NCBI GenBank assembly: GCA_038087875.1
Contig: CM075990.1
Coordinates: 1,116,001 to 1,180,000 of the forward strand
Direction: 5' to 3'
DNA length: 64,000 nucleotides
Source: Malacoraja senta
Taxonomy: Eukaryota
Position 1 is the first letter of the stretch. Every line of letters starts with the position of its first letter. Made by a program: the position numbers and the translations under genes. The notes under the pieces are model-generated. The model made no database searches, was not told the DNA's origin, and was given only the letters and a program-made list of their open reading frames with translations. Positions 36,601 through 49,296 of the stretch are shown here, piece by piece.

Positions 36601-38566
36601 CCACCCATCTCCACTTCACCCACCCCCTCCATGCCCACACCCCTCCACCCATCCCCCCACGTCTACCATCACCCATCCCCCACTCTTCTACACTCTCCCC
36701 TCCCTCCATCCTCTTTCCCTCCCCCTCTGCACCTCCTCCCCCTTTCCTCCCTCCTCCCGTCGGCCCGTCGCTCCCCAGTCCCCGTTGATTCACCACATCC
36801 CCTGTGCCTGCCCCAGTCCCTTCCCCCAGGCAGGGTGCATGGGGTGATTGCCACATTCAGGTCACTCCACGGATGAGGAAGTCAGTAGTGGAACAATAAA
36901 GCCGTGTTGTGAAGCGGCCGTGGTCTTGTCCAGTCTCTGGGGGCTGGGGGTGGGGGGTCAGCATCTCCGGGTCCTTGTCCCATGGTCTGAACCTCTGGCT
37001 GTGAGGGGCTTCACTGAGTGTCTCACACCGAGGGGCTCCGTGACTCTTTAGTTTAGAAATACAGCGCTGAAACAGGCCCTTCGGCCCAGCGCGTCTGCAC
37101 CGACCAGCGATCCCTGCACATTAACACTATCCTACTCACATTAGCCTACAAATCTGTACGTCATTGGAGCGTGGGATGAAACCGGAGCACCGGAGAAAAC
37201 CCACGTGGTCACGGGAGAACGTACATACTCTGATCAGACAGCACCCATAGTCAGGATTGAACCCGGGCCTCTGGCACTATGAGGCAGCAACTCTACCGCC
37301 TGGCCACTGTGCTGCCCGCTGCTCCTATGCCTGGATCTCCTGCCCGTGTGGGGACTGTGCGGGGTCCACACGGTGCCCATGGAGCTGACGATCGGCCAGA
37401 GCTCGGCACTGCTGGCTCTGTACAGGCACACGGACACAGGGAGACGGGGGGATAGTGGGTCACAGGGGGGATTAGGTAAACCCAACATTATGTTCAGCAC
37501 GGACATCGTGGGCCGAAGGGCCTGTTCCCGTGCTGTAGTGAAATATTTCTATAAGCCTGGCACGACCTGAATGTGGACTCTCCTTTAGAGTGATCCCACT
37601 GGGACAACTTCAATTCAGTCACGTAACTGGAACGTCATAGAGAGATACGGCACAGAAACAGGCCCCTTCAGCCCACCAAGTCCACCCTGACCATCCACAA
37701 TCGGTAGAACCACGGCCTCACAGCCGCCAGAGAACTCAGGATCGTTCCTCACCTCGGGTGCTGTCTTTGTGGAGTTTGTACATTCTCCCTATGACCATGT
37801 GGGTTTCCTCTAATGCTGTATCTCTAAATTAAATTAAATTTTAAAACATTAAACCCATGTACACTAATCCCTCATTAATGTAGTCCAACATTGTTCTCTC
37901 CATGTTGTCGCCATTTAATATAATTTACAGAGGCCAATTAACCCACAAATATGTACACAAAGTGCTGGAGTAACTCAGTGGGTTTAGGCAGCATCTGAGA
38001 ACATGGATAAGTGACATTTCAGGTCAAGACCTTCTTCAGACTGACTGTGGGACGAGAGGGGCAGAAGATGGAAGAGAAGGGGGACAGGACAAAGCCTGTT
38101 GAGTGATAGGTGGATACAAGTAAAGAGGGTGGTTTGATAGGTAGATGGCTGGTGAAAGGCCAGAGATGAAAAGACAAATAGTGTGAGAAGGATAGAAGAG
38201 TGAATGGTGAAGCCAGAGGAAGGAATATAGATGGAAAGGGAGGGGGAGGGGAGAAACGGGTGTGGGTCCTCGTGGGGGACAGAGAAGGGGGGGGAGGGTG
38301 GAGGGTAGAAGGGGGCGGTGGGGTGGGTGTAGTTCGTAGGTTAGTTACCTACAGTAAAATACCATCATAGCATTGATCCCTGTTCATACCGCTGCTCTGC
38401 AGAATATCAGGTGCTGTTCCTCCAGTTTGCATGCAGCCTCATTGTGACAGTGGAGGAGGCCCAAGACAGAAAGGTCAATGTAGGAATGGGAAGGGGAGAT
38501 TGGCAACCAGGAGATCCATTAGGCCTTGGCGCACGTGTTCAGCGAAACGGTCTCTGAGTCTACACT

Positions 38567-39600
38567 TAGCAATGTTACAAAATTTTGAGATTTAAAAAAT
38601 AAAGTCTGCAATTTATCCCATCAGATAAAGCATCAAAAGAAGTTTAATTTGACACCTAATTCACTTTCATATCTTCAGTATTAAAGAAGTTATGGCCATT
38701 TTCATACGCGGAAATTAGCATCTTGTTCCCTATTGCTTTTCCATTGACTTAACACAAAAGCTGTGATCGAGGACAGTTAAAAGCCCATAACTTTCTTAAA
38801 AATTAAGATAACTGAAAGAAATGTTCAGTTATTATAGATTGAAGCATTCTGAAACAAATATGAATCAATCTTACTTAGAAGACATGAAAGTAAAGCATAT
38901 AATTAGTTAGTTACCTAATTGTAGCTAATTACAAAATTCAATTACTAGATCTAAACATCTATCAATTTCTTAAGAATAAACATTTTTAAATAGCCTAAGT
39001 GTCCAAATAACATTCACACAATAATTCACAATATAACATAATTTTTAAATCTCATTTTCATGAATTTACAGGCCAAATGGAAGGAATTGAATGTTTAATA
39101 CCTGTAAATTAATGGGCATTTAAATCATCTTGTGAGTGAGGATTTCTGGAACGCGATCTTTTGGAACGTTCATTTGTGGTGAATTTAACCCCGTATTGGC
39201 ATGTAAAATACTGCCGTTAGTTCGGGGAATAAAATCACCATTTCGCATGAAAAAATGTGAATTAAAGGCTTCTTAAGAAGCACTTATATACATTTAAAGA
39301 AACCACTCGTTTACCTGTCCCGTGTGTGAAATCCATCCCCGTTATCGGCGTTGACGCTTCAGGAGCTGATTTTAAAATTACTCCAGCGTTGACATTGACG
39401 ATTTAATAAAAATAAAAAATTCACAGAACGCCACTAGGAATGATTTTTCAGCAAAAGGTTGTACTCCAACGAAATATAATTCAGGACAAGGGAGGAGAAA
39501 CTACGTTTTAACCCCGCCCCCCCTTAAAGGTGCCAAAATCGCGCACACGGCCAGTGGCAGAATTACAGCGCGACTGTAGGTAAGTATTGTGACACACCTA
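38567..39600. mobile_element. Non-autonomous TIR DNA transposon, ~1.03 kb
   Basis: Termini TAGCAATGTTACAA / TTGTGACACACCTA (10/14 inverted match); flanking duplication CTACACT (38560-38566, 39601-39607); AT-rich and non-coding. Confidence 0.8.
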
Positions 39601-41919
39601 CTACACTTGATCTTGCCGATGTACAGGAGGCCACATCAGCAACACTGGATGCAGCAGATGAGGTTAGTGGAGGTGCACGTGAACATCTGTCTCACCAGGA
39701 AGGACAGCTGGGGTCCCTAAATGGAGGCGAGGGAGGAGGTATAGGGATAGATATATCCGAGGACATTGCGGGAAACTGGAGAGAAAATTGCGGGAGCCCT
39801 GGTTGAAATTTAGGTCGTCCTTAAATACAGGAGAGGTGCCGGAAGACTGGAGAGTGGCAAATGTTGTGCCTTTGTTCAAGAAGGACTGCAGGGAAAATGC
39901 TGGGAACTATAGGCTGGTGAGCTTAACATCTGTAGTTGGTAAGTTACTGGAGAGTATTCTGATAGATAGGTTATACAGGCATTTGGATGGGCAAGAGCTG
40001 ATTAGGGATAGTCAGCTGGTTTTGTACGTGGGAGGTCGTGTCTCACAAATCTGATTGATTTTTTTTGAAGATGTGACCAAAAAGGTTGATGAGGGCAGAG
40101 CTGTAGATGTTGTGTACATGGACTTCAGTAAGGCAATCGACAAGGTTTTGCATGGTAGGTTGCTCTGGAAGGTTAGTACGCATAGGATCCAAGGAGAGAT
40201 AGCTGAATGGAAAGCAAATTGGCTCCATGGAAGGAAGCAGAGGGTGATGGAAGAAGGTTGCTTCTCGACTGGAGGCCTGTGACTAGTGGTGTGCCTCAGG
40301 GTTCGGTGCTGGGACCGTTACTGTTTGTCATCTACATCAATGATTTGGATGAGAACATACAGGGCAAGATTAGCAAGTTGGCTGATGATACAAAAGTGAA
40401 TGGTTTTACAGATAGTGAAGATGGTTGTGAAAGATTGCAGCAGGATCTGGATCGTTGGCCAGGTGGGCGGAGGAATGGTTGATGGAATTTATTACAGCAA
40501 AGTGTGAGGTGTTGCATTTAGGGACGTCAAACAAGGGCAGGACCTACGCAGTAAATGGTAGGCTTCTGGGTAGTGTTGTAGAGCAGAGGGATCTAGGCGT
40601 ACAGGTGCAAGGTTCATTGAAGGTCGAGTCGCAGATAGATAAGGTGGTCAAAAATTCTTTTGGCACTTTAGCCTTCATCAGTCAGAGTATTAAGTATAGA
40701 AGTTGGGAGGTCATGTTGCAGTTGTACAAGACATTGGTGAGCACATTTAGAATATTGTGGTTCAATTCTGGGCACCATGTTATAGGAAAGATGTTGTCGC
40801 TTGAAAGATTTATGAGGATGTTGCCAGGACCAGAGGGTGTGAGCTATAGGGAAACATTGAGTAGGCTGGGTCTTTGTTCCATGGAACGCAGGAGGATGAG
40901 GGGAGATCTTATAGAGGTGTACAAAATCATGAGAGGAATAGATCGGGTAGATGTCGATTTAGATAAATAATGGCCTCACACCATGTCAAGTTATATAGAG
41001 TTTATCAGGAATAGGCAACTACAAGTTCTCACTTGAGAGTTCACTTTTAGACTAACGGAGTGCAGTAGACTGCGACGCTAACAAGCTAGTGGGCGTAAAC
41101 TACAAATGCACGACTCGTAGCACGAGCCACTAATCTACATCCCCTCTCTTAAAGAATCAATAACACTGTATACCCAATAACTAAGCAAAGCAAATATCAC
41201 AACCGATGACAGACGTGTGTAAAGTCAAACACACTTCACGACCGGCCTGCAAACACGACTGGCACGTGTTCGATAGAGGCCATCTCCATTCTTTTTCTCT
41301 GGGGACAGAGCTGGTGATTTCATCGCCGTGGGGGAGTGGACCAACGCCTCTGGGGTCGAAGCAGGAGACTGTGGCACAGGCGAAGATGGAACAGACACAG
41401 GTACTGTCACAGGCATGGATTGTTGTGCTGGCAAGAGCATGCGAGGGTCACCAGATGCAGATTGAAATGAACTTGTACGATCTGGATAATAAGGATAATA
41501 AGGCTCCTTCACAGGCAGAAAATGTTGTCTGTTTCGTCGGTAGGTGCCGCCATCGGTTCTAACAATGTACGAGCGTGGCTCCGAAGCGGGACCAGAAATC
41601 ACCCCAATACGGTCATGGCCTTTGTCAGTCTGTAAGCGGACCACCTGTCCTTTGGTCAATGGCGGCAGAGGCCTACTCATCTTGTCGAACCATTTCTTTT
41701 GAACGTCACGCTTCTGTAGCAACCTGGCTTGAATCTCTTCAGGAGGAAAGACATGTGGGGTTAATGTTTGCTCTGCTACGGGCAACAGGGTACGGGTCTG
41801 CCTTGACAATAATCGTTGAGCATGTGAACCCAAGGCAGGGTCACGGGAAATGTTGCGTAAGTTGAGCAAATCCAGGAATACGTCAGATTTGGCCCTGTGA
41901 GAGTTGTTTTGCACTTTTT

Positions 41920-43872
41920 GTAGCTAGTTCTTGTTCCCAATTCTATCAGATGATGGTATTTCTATATTTAGGATGATATTATACAAGTATGATATTAAAT
42001 TAGTTGATTCCGCCTTTATATTCATTGCATCGTCTAATAGGTCTGGAGACAAATTTTGATATTCTTGTGTATATTTTTTCAAATAGTCACGGATTTGAAA
42101 ATATTTAAAATATTGATTACTTCTCAGATTGTATTTAAGTTGTAGTTGTTAGAATGATAAAACATTTCCATTATCACACATGTCTCTTTGGTAGCAAAAA
42201 CGGGAAGGCAGACTATTATCTAAATGGTGGCCGATTAGGAAATGGGGAGATGCAGCGAGACCTGGGTGTCATGGTACACCAGTCATTGAAAGTAGGCATG
42301 CAGGTGCAGCAGGCAGTGAAGAAAGCGAATGGTATGTTGGCCTTCATAGCAAGAGGATTTGAGTATAGGAGCAGTGAGGTTCTACTGCAGTTGTACAGGG
42401 TCTTGGTGAGACCACACCTGGAGTATTGCGTACAGTTTTGGTCTCCAAATCTGAGGAAGGACATTATAGCCATAGAGGGAGTGCAGAGAAGGTTCACCAG
42501 ACTGATTCCTGGGATGTCAGGACTTTCATATGAAGAAAGACTGGATAGACTTGGCTTATACTCGCTAGACTAGAATTTAGGAGATTGAGAGGGGATCTTA
42601 TAGAAACGTACAAGATTCTTATGGGGTTGGACAGGCTAGATGCAGGAAGATTGTTCCCGATGTTGGGGAAGTCCAGGACAAGGGGTCACAGCTTAAGGAT
42701 AAGGGGAAAATCCTTTAAGACCGAGATGAGGAAAAACTTTTTCACACAGAGAGTGGTGAATCTCTGGAACTCTCTGCCACAGAGGGTAGTTGAGGCCAGT
42801 TCATTGGCTATATTTAAGAGGGAATTAGATGTGGCCCTTGTGGCTAAAGGGATCAGGGGGTATGGAGAGAAGGCAGGTACGGGATACTGAGTTGGATGAT
42901 CAGCCATGATCGTATTGAATGGCGGTGCAGGCTCGAAGGGCCGAATGGCCTACTCCTGCACCTAATTTCTATGTATCTATGTATCTATGTATCTATGTCT
43001 CCAAACATTTTAATTCCTATTCTATCCCAATATGTAAATGATTTATCTATAATAGATGGTTTAAACGACGGATTATTAACTATTGGTGAGAGAAGCGATA
43101 GGTTTCTTAATTTTAAAGTTAATTTTATTTGTTTCCAAATTCTAATTGTACTATGAATAATTGGATTTTTACTATATATTGTATTATTCAATTTTGTTGG
43201 TGAGAGAAGGATCGCTCCTATATTAAAAGGGGAACAATCCTCTCTCTCCATTACTATCCAATCCACCTGCTGGACAGAGTTGTCCAACAGGTGAATCACA
43301 TTTTTGACATTTGCTGCCCAATAATAATACAAAAAATTAGGGAGTGTTAATCCACCAAATTCTTTAGGTTTGCACAAATGTCTTCTTTGAATTCTATGGG
43401 ATTTATAGTCCCATATGAAATTTGTGATATCGGCATCCAGTTGGTAAGTATATTGGTATTGATTGGAATAGATATAAAATTTGTGGTAGAAAGATCATTT
43501 TTATAGCATTTATTCGGCCTATTAGACACATCGGAAGAGTTTTCCAAAATTTAATCAGGGCGTTTAATTTATTAAGTAGGGGCATATAGTTTGCATTAAA
43601 TAAAGATTTATATTTTCTAGTAATTTCAATTCCCAAATATTTAAATTTTTCTGAAGCAATTTTAAAAGGGAATTTTAACAGGTGTGTTGAGTCTTGAGGT
43701 TTTATCGTCATAATTTCATTTTTATTCCAATTTATTCTATATCCTGAAAAGGATCCAAATTCCTCTATTAGATTTAATATATTTGGTATACTGATTTGTG
43801 ATTTTGTGATGTATAGTAGTACATCATCTGCGTATAATGATATTTTATTGTTTGAGTATTTTGTAATATATT
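41920..43872 (-). mobile_element. Internal L1 ORF2 fragment inside the Gypsy element
   Basis: Homologous to the L1 at 52849-55131 (ISLYADDVLLYIT, FKYLGIEIT, GRINAIKMIFLPQ). Has no 3' UTR or polyA. Confidence 0.9.
42187..42994 (+). mobile_element. Young 5'-truncated CR1 inserted in the L1 fragment
   Basis: QRDLGV..RPHLEYCVQFWSP ORF, (TCTATGTA)n tail, probable TSD ATGTCTC (42180-42186, 42995-43001). Confidence 0.9.
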
Positions 43873-43958
43873 GTCTGTAAGCGGACCACCTGTCCTTTGG
43901 TCAATGGCGGCAGAGGCCGACTCGTCTTGTCGAACCATTTCTTTTGAACGTCACGCTT

Positions 43959-45750
43959 CTATTGCAACCTGGCTTGAATCTCTTCAGGAGGAAAGACATG
44001 TGGGGTTAATGTTTGCTCTGCTACGGGCAATTGGGTACGCGTCTGCCTTGACAATAATCGTTGAGCAGGTGAACCCAAGGCAGGGTCACGGGAAATGTTG
44101 CGTAAGTTGAGCAAATCCAGGAATACGTCAGATTTGGCCCTGTGAGAGCGCTCCATGACTTGTTTTGCACTTTTGACAGCCCGTTCAGCCAGACCGTTAG
44201 ACTGTGGATACTCAGGGCTGCTGGTGATGTGGTGAAAATTCCAGCGGCTGGCAAACTCTCTGAATTGCTGGCTGGTGAACTGGCTGCCATTGTCAGTCAA
44301 CAGCTTGCCTGGAGATCCATGGATTGAAAAATGACGAGATAATTTAGAAATCACACCGCTGGAAGTGGGGCTGCTGAGAAAATCAATGTTGAACCATCCT
44401 GAATACGAATCCACGAGCACCAGGTACTGCTTGCCGTGCCACTCAAATAAATCAGGTGCCACTGTAGACCATGGGAGCGCTGGTACAGGATGTGGCAGAA
44501 GTGGTTGCTTTTGTTGATGAGGTGCCAGGCTATTGCACACAGCACAAGCAGCCATATTGTTGTTGATGTATTCGGCCATGCCAGGCCAGTAAAACATGCT
44601 TTTCGCCCGTGAAACAGAGGTTTCAGCACCTGGGTGTCCTGCATGGACAGCGTCAAAATACCGGTGATGCATCGAACCACGGCCTTGTGTCCTTTTAAAA
44701 CAATTCCGTCTTGTAGCACTAATTCGTCCCGAACAGGGAAGAAAGGTCGGCCCGGCAATGGAATGTTGTAGTGCTTGTCTGGCCAGCTGCGCTTAATGAC
44801 AGAGTGACCGTAGGGTCTTGTCGGTGTCAGTGTGGGCAACCAGGTCCTCCATCCATGATGAAGGATACGGACATCACGATGAAGTCATCATCATGTGAGG
44901 GTAGATCCTCGCGGGTCTTGCAAGGTGCACGTGAAAGCGTGTCCGCCAGGTGCATATCCTTTCCACGTTTGTACGTGAGGACGATGTCATATTTTTGAAG
45001 TTGTAGTAACATCCATTGTAGGCGCGCTGGAGATTTATGAATAGGTTTACTGAAAATGCTGATTAGAGGCTGGTGGTTGGTTTCAATTGTAACTGTGCGG
45101 CCAAAGATGAAATCATTGAACTTTTTGCAGGTGAAAACAACCGCTAGTAAGTCCTTTTCAATTTGGGCGTATCGTTGTTCTGTGTCAGACATGGTGCGCG
45201 AGGCATAGGCAACAGGCTTATTGCCATGGCCATCATTTTGAAGGCATGCAGCGCCCAGGCCATGTTGTGAGGCGTCACATGTAAGTGTAACAAGCAGTCT
45301 ATGATCAAAGTACGCTAGAGTAGAGGTGGCCGACATCTGCCGTTTAAGAGTGTCAAACACTGTCTGTTGTTGTTCATGCCAGGTCCAAGCTGAGTCTTTG
45401 TGTGTGAGATGGCGTAATGGGGTTGATATTTCGCTGAAATCTGGAATGAATTTGCTCAAATAGTTCGCCATGCCAAGGAACCTCTGCAAGCTGCGCACAT
45501 CCGTGGGTGCTGGAAGTTCATTAATAGCGCTGGTTTTCGCTGGATCAGTTTTCAGGCCGTCCTTGGTAAATATATGGCCTAAGTATTTACCTCATTCACT
45601 CTGAATCTGCATTTTTTTAGGGTATTGAGTTTGAGATGGATGGCCTCGGCACGCTTCAATACTTTTGTCAGATTGCCGTTGTGTTCCTCGATCGTTTTCC
45701 CAGCAATGAGGATATCATCCACTACGATGGAGCAAGGGTATCCAGCAAAC
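43959..45750 (-). pseudogene. Frameshifted Gypsy pol remnant: RT C-half, RNase H, integrase
   Basis: IVVDDILIAG; LQRFLGMANY; LTCDASQHGLGA..PVAYASR..YAQIEK; HHCC zinc finger (HAGHPG...CAVC); DDE core (PDLF, LTDNGSQF, SNGLAERAV). Confidence 0.9.
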
Positions 45751-45769
45751 AATCCCACTTCTGACACCA
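45751..45769 (-). promoter_or_regulatory. Primer-binding site complementary to the tRNA-Leu 3' end
   Basis: The + strand reads AATCCCACTTCTGACACCA, the 3' end of vertebrate tRNA-Leu(CAA/CAG) including CCA, abutting the LTR. Confidence 0.8.
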
Positions 45770-47027
45770 TGTCGATTTAGAGTCCTTTTAATAATAATGG
45801 CCTCACACCATGTCAGGTTATATAGAGTTTATTAGAAATAGGCAACTACAAGTTCTCACTTGAGAGTTCACTTTTAGACTAATGGAGTGCAGTAGACTGC
45901 GACGCTAACAAGCTAGTGGGCGTAACTACAAATGCATGACTCGTAGCATGAGCCACTAATCTACAGTAGACGCACAGAGTCTCTTGCCCAGAGTAGGGGA
46001 ATCGAGGACCAGAGTATATAGGTTCAAGGTGAAGGGCAAAGAATTTAATTGGAATCCGAGGGGTAACTTTTTCACATAAAAGGTGGTGGGTGTATGGAAC
46101 AAGCTGCCAGAGGAAGTAGAGGCTGGGACTGTCTCATTGTTTAAGAAACAGTTGGACAGGTACATGGATAGTACAGGTTTGGAGGGATATAGACCAAGCG
46201 CAGGCAAGTGGGACTGGTGTACCTGGGACATGTTGGCCAGTGTGGGCAAGTTGGGCCGAAGGCCCTGTTTCCACACTGTGTCACTCTATGACTCCACAAC
46301 AGGTGTTGCATCTCCTGAGGTTGCAGGGGAAGGTACCTGGGGAGGGGGTGGGAAGGGTGGGAAGGGATGAGTTAACCAGGGAGTTGTGGAGGAAGCGGTC
46401 TCTGTGGAACGCGGAAAGGGGTGGAGATGGGAAGATGTTATTAGTGGTGGGATCATGTAGAAGGTGATTGAAATGTCGGAGGATGATGTGTCGGATGCGG
46501 AGGCTGGTGGGGTGAAAGATGAGGACCAGGAGAACTCTTGTTGCATCTGGGGGGAGAAGGAGCAAGAGCAGAGCTACGGGACACAGAAGAGACGTGGGTG
46601 AGGAATCCATCAGTGGGGTCTATGGGGTGAGGAATGATAGATGAATCTCTTACCCACTCTGTCTGGGCTTGCCCTCATTATCTCCGCTCTCAGGGAGGCC
46701 AACAGGAAACAGACTTGTAAACAAGAGTTAGCTTCCTGCCGCTTCCAGCCTCTACAAGATACAAGATACATTTATTGGTCACATGTGCCAGTTGGCACAG
46801 TGAAATGTAATTACCATACAGCCATACAATAGAAATAAAGAACACAGCATAGAGTTGATAGAGTTCAACATAAAACATCCCCACACAGCAGGATCAAAGT
46901 TTCCCACTGTGAGGGAAGGCACCAAAGTCAGTCATCTTCCTCTAATGTTCTAATCTTCCTCTAATGTTCTAATGTTCCCTCTGTCTGCGAGCCTGAGACT
47001 GTGGTGAGACCTGAAAACCACCATCGG

Positions 47028-47410
47028 AGAGAGAGGGGGAGAGAGAGACAGGGAGACAAAGAGAGGGGGGAGAGAGAGTGGGGGAGGGAGAGAGAGAGAG
47101 ATGGAGAGACAGGGAGAGAGAGTAGGAGAGAGTGGGGGAGAGAGAAGGGGAGAGAGAGCGGGAGAGGGAGATAGTGTGGGGGAGAGAGAGGGGGAGGGAG
47201 ATAGAGAGAGATGGGGAGAGAGAGAGATGGGGAGAGAGAGTGAGACAGGGGGAGAGAGGAGAGGGAAAGAAAAGGAGAGAGAGGAGGAGATAGGGAGGGA
47301 GAGAGAGAGAGGGAGAGGGAGAGTGGGATAGAGAGTGACAAAGAGAGGGAGAGGAACAGAGAGGGAGGGGGATAGGGAGAAAATTGGAGAGAGAGGGCAG
47401 GAGAGAGGGA
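47028..47410. repeat. GA-rich low-complexity tract
   Basis: Visible polypurine sequence. Confidence 0.9.
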
Positions 47411-49296
47411 GTGAGGTGGTACCCTGCGCAGAGCAGATGGAGGGTTAGGCCTTGAGCACAGGTACCAAGGCCATAGACAGCCCATAGTGTTTGCATCCCC
47501 ATGTAACGTAGACCTCACACCCCAGCCTCCTCCTGCCACATCTCCACCCTCTCCAGCACAAGATGTCCCTCCCCTCCCACACATTATTCCAGGGTAACAC
47601 CACTGTGCTGGATTAAATTTCACACCTTGCCTTCCTTCCAAATAGTTTCCAAATACTTATTTCAGTGCAACTCCTCCCAGGAGGGAGGGAAATGTGAGCA
47701 TTGTGGTTTGGAATAACACATAGATCAGAAACCACATGTTTGTGGGCACTGCCTTGCTTCAGTGGACAAATGGGACTAGCTCATATGGGGCATCTTGGCC
47801 AGCATGGTCGGTTTGGGCCTGTTTCCGTGCTGTGTGAGTCTCTGACACCATTCCCGCTCGACCAACATCATTTTCCTACCCATCACCAATTTCCTGCTCA
47901 ATTCTTCATGTACAAAGGGGCGGCACAGTGGCGCAGCGATTGAGTTGCTGCCTTACAGCGCCAGAGACCCGGGTTCGATCCTGACTACAGGTGCTGTCTG
48001 TACGGAGTTTGTACGTTCTCCCCATGACCTGCGTGGGGTTTCTCCAAGAACTTCGGTTTCCTCACAGACTCCAAAGATGTACAGGTTTGTAGGTTAATTA
48101 TCTTGGTATAAATGTATAATTTGTCCCTAGTGTGTGTAGGATAGTGTTAGTGTGCGGGCATCACTGGTCGGCAAGGGTGGGCCGAAGGACCTGTTTCCGC
48201 GCTGTATCTCCAAATTAAACTGTTTTCCTTAATGCACTGGAAGTTCTAAGTGTGAGTGCCGCTGTGTGGCTGTGAGGTGCTGGACCCGGCCTAGATGTCT
48301 AGGGCATGGTACACAGGACCGGGTCAGCAACTCCAGATCTAGCCTTCCTCCTGTCATGTGGTTCCATAAAAGACCTCAGTAAACCTTTCTGAATATCTCC
48401 ACTAACTATAATCTATTTTTAACTCCAGTTTTGCCGTCAGACTTTGTTGGAGGGAGTTTTGTGTTGAAGCCGAACCCTGAATCGGGCTCTCTCGTGGGGT
48501 CCAGTTGCCCTTTAATTATGGCTCAGGTAGGAACAGGCACAAAGAACACAATGTCTGAAGATGGGTCTCGACTCGCAACGTCACCCATTCCTTCTCTCCA
48601 GAGATGCTGCCTGACACGCTGAGTTACTCCAGCATTGTGTGTCTATCTTCGGTGTAAACCAGCATCTGCAGTTCCTTCCTACACAAAGAACATCTCGCAG
48701 CGCAGTGCTCCATATACACTTCACGCTGCTTCGGCAAGGCCGGCAGCATAATCAAGGACCAGTCTCACCCGGCCACTCCCTCTTCTCCCCTCTTCCATCG
48801 GGGAAGAGGTACAGAAGTGTGAAAACAAACGCACACCTCCAGATTCAGGGACAGTTCCTTCCCAGCTGTTATCGAGCAACTGCATAATGCTATTCCCAAC
48901 TAGAGAGCGGTCCTGACCTCCCGTCTACTTCACTGGAGACCCTGAGACTATCTTTAATCGGACTTTACTGGACTTTATCTTACACTAAACGTTATTCCCT
49001 TTATCATGTATCTGTACACCGCGGATGGCTCGTTTGTAATCATGTGTCGTCTTTTCATTGACTGGTTAGCACGCAACAAAAGCTTTTCACTGTGCCTTGG
49101 TACATGTGACAATAAACTAAACTAACCCACAGTTTCTCAAACAAGTTTGTTTATTCAAAGCCTTAACAGTATGCACTGGGAAACACTCTGAGAGAACCCA
49201 AAGTGTTTCCAAGATTCGCAGCATCTCACGATGCTTGTATATTCTCACAACACAATGGTTACATGTGGATTTTACATTATTGAGATAATTCATCAT

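Larger units (their letters stand above)
40952..45965 (-). mobile_element. Ty3/Gypsy LTR retrotransposon, internally deleted
   Basis: LTRs 40952-41139 and 45770-45965 (TG...CA); 5-bp TSD GTAGA; PBS TGGTGTCAGAAGTGGGATT; PPT AAGAGAGGGGA (41140-41150); RT, RNase H, integrase order. Confidence 0.95.
39750..46292 (+). mobile_element. CR1 LINE split by the Gypsy insertion (39750-40951 and 45966-46292)
   Basis: [36 protein letters not shown] and ADDTK motifs. The sequence resumes after the LTR element with the 3' UTR. Confidence 0.9.
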
